A stretch of DNA of 38,517 nt, from positions 6,824,407-6,862,923 of the forward strand of contig NC_057756.1 of NCBI RefSeq assembly GCF_004010195.1, read 5' to 3'. Position 1 is the stretch's first letter. Each line of letters starts with the position of its first letter. The notes beneath the pieces were generated by a model, which did no database searches, was not told the DNA's origin, and worked only from the letters and a program-made list of their open reading frames with translations. A program made the position numbers and the translations under genes. This stretch comes from Chiloscyllium plagiosum. Taxonomy: Eukaryota. Below, piece by piece: positions 35,396-38,517 of this stretch.

Positions 35396-35639
35396 AGAGC
35401 AAGTACTTGCCTCCACCACTTCCTCTGGCAGCTCATTCCATACATGTACTACCCTCTGCGTGAAAGCATTGCCCCTTCAGTCTCTTTTATATCCTTCCCC
35501 TCTCACTCTAAATCTATGCCCTCTAGTTCTGGACTCCTCCACCCCAGGAAAGAGACTTTGTCTACTTATCCCATCCATGCTCCTCATGATTAACCTCAGT
35601 CACCAGCCCTGCCTTATTTCCCAAGGGATAAAGGCCAGC

Positions 35640-36135
35640 TGCTAGCAAATGGGACTAGACTAGGTTCGGATATCTGGTCAACACGGACAAGTTGGAGTGA
35701 AGGGTTTGATTCCGTGCTGTACATCTGTATGACTAATGCAATCATGTTATTGAAGAACTGGTTGTGTTGGCATTATCAAATCTGGTCAAATGTGTAGTGT
35801 AGGAGGGCTACCACGGAACAATAACAAACATTCCCAAAACAAGGAGTTAATTTACTAATGTCACAGCACAGGGTTGTTCAACAGTGGTAAATCGACTTGC
35901 AATAGGCAGAGTTAAATAATCCTACACAGTCACTCCACATTCGGTTGTGAGCGGTGGCGGACAATTAAATAATTAATTGTGGAAGGTCAATCACCTCCAA
36001 CCTCACTGACTGGAGGATCCCAACCCATCAGGTCCAAAAGGTGAGGTTGAAGCATCTGCAACACCTTCAGCCAGACGTGCCAAGTGGGTGAACCATCTCA
36101 GTCTCCCCCATGAGATTCCCAGCATCATGAACGTG
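35640..36135 (-). repeat. Inverted duplicate of about 3525-4020
   Basis: Reverse complement of the LINE fragment, MITE left end and CR1 tail, in the same order. Confidence 0.75.
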
Positions 36136-36159
36136 ACGTTCCTGGGTAAACAGCCACTT

Positions 36160-36890
36160 AGAATCATGAAGTCATACGGCACGGAAACAGACCCTTTGGT
36201 CCAGCCGTCCATGCGACCAGATATCCCAACCCAATTTAGTCCCACCTGCCATCACCTGGCCCATATCCCTCTCAACCCTTACTATTCCTATACCCATCTA
36301 GATGCCGTTTAAATGTTGCAATTGTACCAGCCTCCGCCACTTCCTCTGGCAGCATATTCCACACATGTACCACCCTCTGTGTGAAAACGTTACCCCCTAG
36401 GTCTCTTTTATATCCTTCCCCTCTCAGTCTAAACCTATGCCCTTTACTGCTGGACTCCCCCACCGTAGGGAAAAGATATTTACCCTATCCATGCCCCTCA
36501 TGATTTTATAAACGTCTATAAGATCACCCCTCAGCCTCTGACACTCCAGGGAAAACTGGCCCAGCCTGTTCAACCTTTCCCTATAGCTCAAATCATCCAA
36601 ACCTTGCAAAATCCTTGTAAATCTTTTTTGAACGCTTTCAAGTTTCAGAACATCTTTCCGATAGGAAGGAGACCAAAATTGCACGCAATATTCTAACAGT
36701 GGCCTAACCAATGTCCTGTATCGCTGCAACATGACCTCCCAACTCCTGTACTCAATACTCTGACCAATAAAGAAAGCATATTAAACGCCTTCTTCACTAT
36801 CCTATCTACCTGCAACTCCACTTTGAAGGATCTATGAACCTGCACTCCAAGGTCTGTTTGTTCAGCAACACTCCCCAGGACCTTACCATT
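36160..36890 (-). mobile_element. CR1 3' fragment
   Basis: ORF 36424..36732 LVRPLLEYCVQFWSP...RLRGDLI. Confidence 0.92.
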
Positions 36891-37271
36891 AAGATTAGAT
36901 TAGATTCCCTCCAGCCCAACTAGTCCACACCGACCCTCCAAGGAGTAACCCATCCAGACCCATTCCCCCTAACTATGCATCTAACAATTGAGCATCGCCA
37001 ATTCACCTGACCTGCACATTTTTGGACTGTGGGAGGAAACCAGAGCACCCGGAGGAAACCCACGCAAACACGGGGAGAGTGTGCAAACTCCACACAGACA
37101 GTCGGCCAAGGCTGGAATCGAACCTGAGACCCTGGCGCTGTGAGGCAGCAGTGCTAACCATTGAGCCCATGAACATGCAAGCGCGACACAGACAGTTGCC
37201 CGAAGGTAGAACTGAACCTGGGTTACTGGTGCTGTGAAGTAGCAGTGCTAACCATTGAGTCACCATGCTGC
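36891..37271 (-). mobile_element. HE1-type SINE with a second tRNA-derived head
   Basis: Two gcagtgctaaccattgag head motifs, near 37148 and 37242. Confidence 0.9.
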
Positions 37272-37600
37272 TCTCTGGTTGGAAAGATGAACGACTCCAA
37301 TTTTGAACATGAATCTGTGACATCAAAAGACATGATGGAGGTATTAACAGCAAATATAAATGCAGTTGAATGTTTTTAGGATGAATTTCACCGAATCATA
37401 AAGAAGGACACATCAAACATCATGGAGCTGTCAGCTTCTGTAATTCGCCCAGTGATTGTGTCTGGAACTGTCATCACTGCTCGAGCAGTTGCAGCTTTGA
37501 TTGCAGCCTATTTGTAATTTCAGCTGCTGCTGTTTGGTGTGTTGCCTCTGAGGTGATCTACATCATGAAATGTTGGCTCATGGTTTGGTCTCTCTGTTAT
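37272..37600 (+). pseudogene. MCL1-like pseudogene fragment (BH3, deletion, BH1 second half, helix 6)
   Basis: One frame: MMEVLTANINAVECF*DEFH, NIMELSASV (compare KIFELSA/FV at 9407), VAALIAAYL*. Ungapped DNA similarity 37403-37436 versus 9394-9427. Confidence 0.6.
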
Positions 37601-37720
37601 AGAGCAGAGGCTGACACCCTCTGATAATAAAACGGAAACATCCAGAAAAGGTCACCTCGTAATCTGATAAAAATAAGTGTGAAAGGTGGTATAACATACC
37701 CCTCACCCCTAATCTGTTAT

Positions 37721-38180
37721 CATAGAATCCCTACAGTGTGGAAACTGGCCCTATGGCCCAACTTGTCCATACCGACCCTCCGAAGAGTAAGCAACCCAGA
37801 CCCATTCCCTTACTACTCTACCATAATCTGCACGTCCCTGGACACTATGGACAATTTGTAACGGCAAATCCACCATAATCTACACATCCTTGGAGACAAT
37901 GTATAATTTAGCATGACCAATTCACCCTAACCTGCACATCCCTGAACAAGGACGGCAATTTAGCACAGCTAATTCACCCTAACCTGCACATGCCTGATAC
38001 TAGGGGCCAATTTAGCATGGTCAGTTCACCCCAACCTGCACATCTTTGTACTGTGGGAGGAATTCGGAGCACCCAGATGAAACCCACGCAGATACGGAGA
38101 GAATGCACAAACTCCACGCAGATCGTCGCCTGAGGTGGAAATTGAACCTGGGTCCGTGGCGGTGTGAGGCAACAGTGTTC
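37721..38180 (-). mobile_element. HE1-type SINE with expanded internal tandem repeat
   Basis: About 4 copies of a 52-54 bp unit at 37821-38045. Confidence 0.9.
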
Positions 38181-38258
38181 CGTATTACCATTTTTACAGA
38201 CCACCTTTGTGATACATCTCACCGTCTCCTTCAAAACATGATTACAGCCCTAAGAGTG
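38181..38258 (+). pseudogene. Possible MCL1-like BH3 fragment
   Basis: ITIFTDHLCDTSHRLLQNMITALRV versus LRRVGDGVQRNHETAFQGMLRKLDI, ungapped, with D, Q, M and L in register. Confidence 0.45.
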
Positions 38259-38517
38259 GGATATGGGCCAAATGCTGGCAAATGGGATTCGATTAAATGA
38301 TGATATCTGCTCGGTATGGAAGAGTTGCACCAAAGGATCTGTTTCCGTGCTGTCCAACTCTCTGACTGTGTGAATGGTGATATGGTCCCAAGTCAGTGTG
38401 TTGGGGTTGAGCTGGGAGCTTCTTGTGTGCCGATTCTTTTGCTTCCCCTGACCGCCCACGTCATGGGTTAGGGAGGGTTTTCTGCACCACTCTTGCTTTG
38501 GTACTGCATTGCATCTT

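Noticed and set aside
37380..37631. Terminal coding exon with hydrophobic tail (ttttag acceptor, DEF...AAYL stop, aataaa at 37626)
   Set aside because: The hydrophobic stretch aligns with BH1 and helices 5-6 of the 9400-9520 paralog, and the frame extends upstream of the apparent acceptor, so it is internal pseudogene sequence.
37821..38045. CRISPR-like repeat-spacer array
   Set aside because: Units are contiguous paralogous SINE-internal repeats without unique spacers, in eukaryotic DNA.

Overview
Eukaryotic, repeat-saturated DNA from a cartilaginous fish (inferred from HE1-type tRNA-derived SINEs and HER1/CR1-type LINEs), with a 500-N gap at 25833-26332. Most of the window is nested mobile-element debris: CR1 LINEs including one near-full-length copy, a second LINE family, HE1 SINEs, TA-flanked MITEs, and Penelope-like element ends carrying minimal hammerhead-ribozyme motifs. 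No intact host gene is seen. The main result is that nearly every apparently unique spacer between the repeats translates, with stops and frameshifts, into part of an MCL1-like (Bcl-2 family) protein. About 15-18 highly diverged, intronless, disabled copies or fragments lie on both strands, some packed almost end to end and some re-amplified inside composite segmental duplications. All alignments are by eye against recalled human and fish MCL1 sequences, with no database search. Repeat boundaries are approximate (about 10-20 bp).
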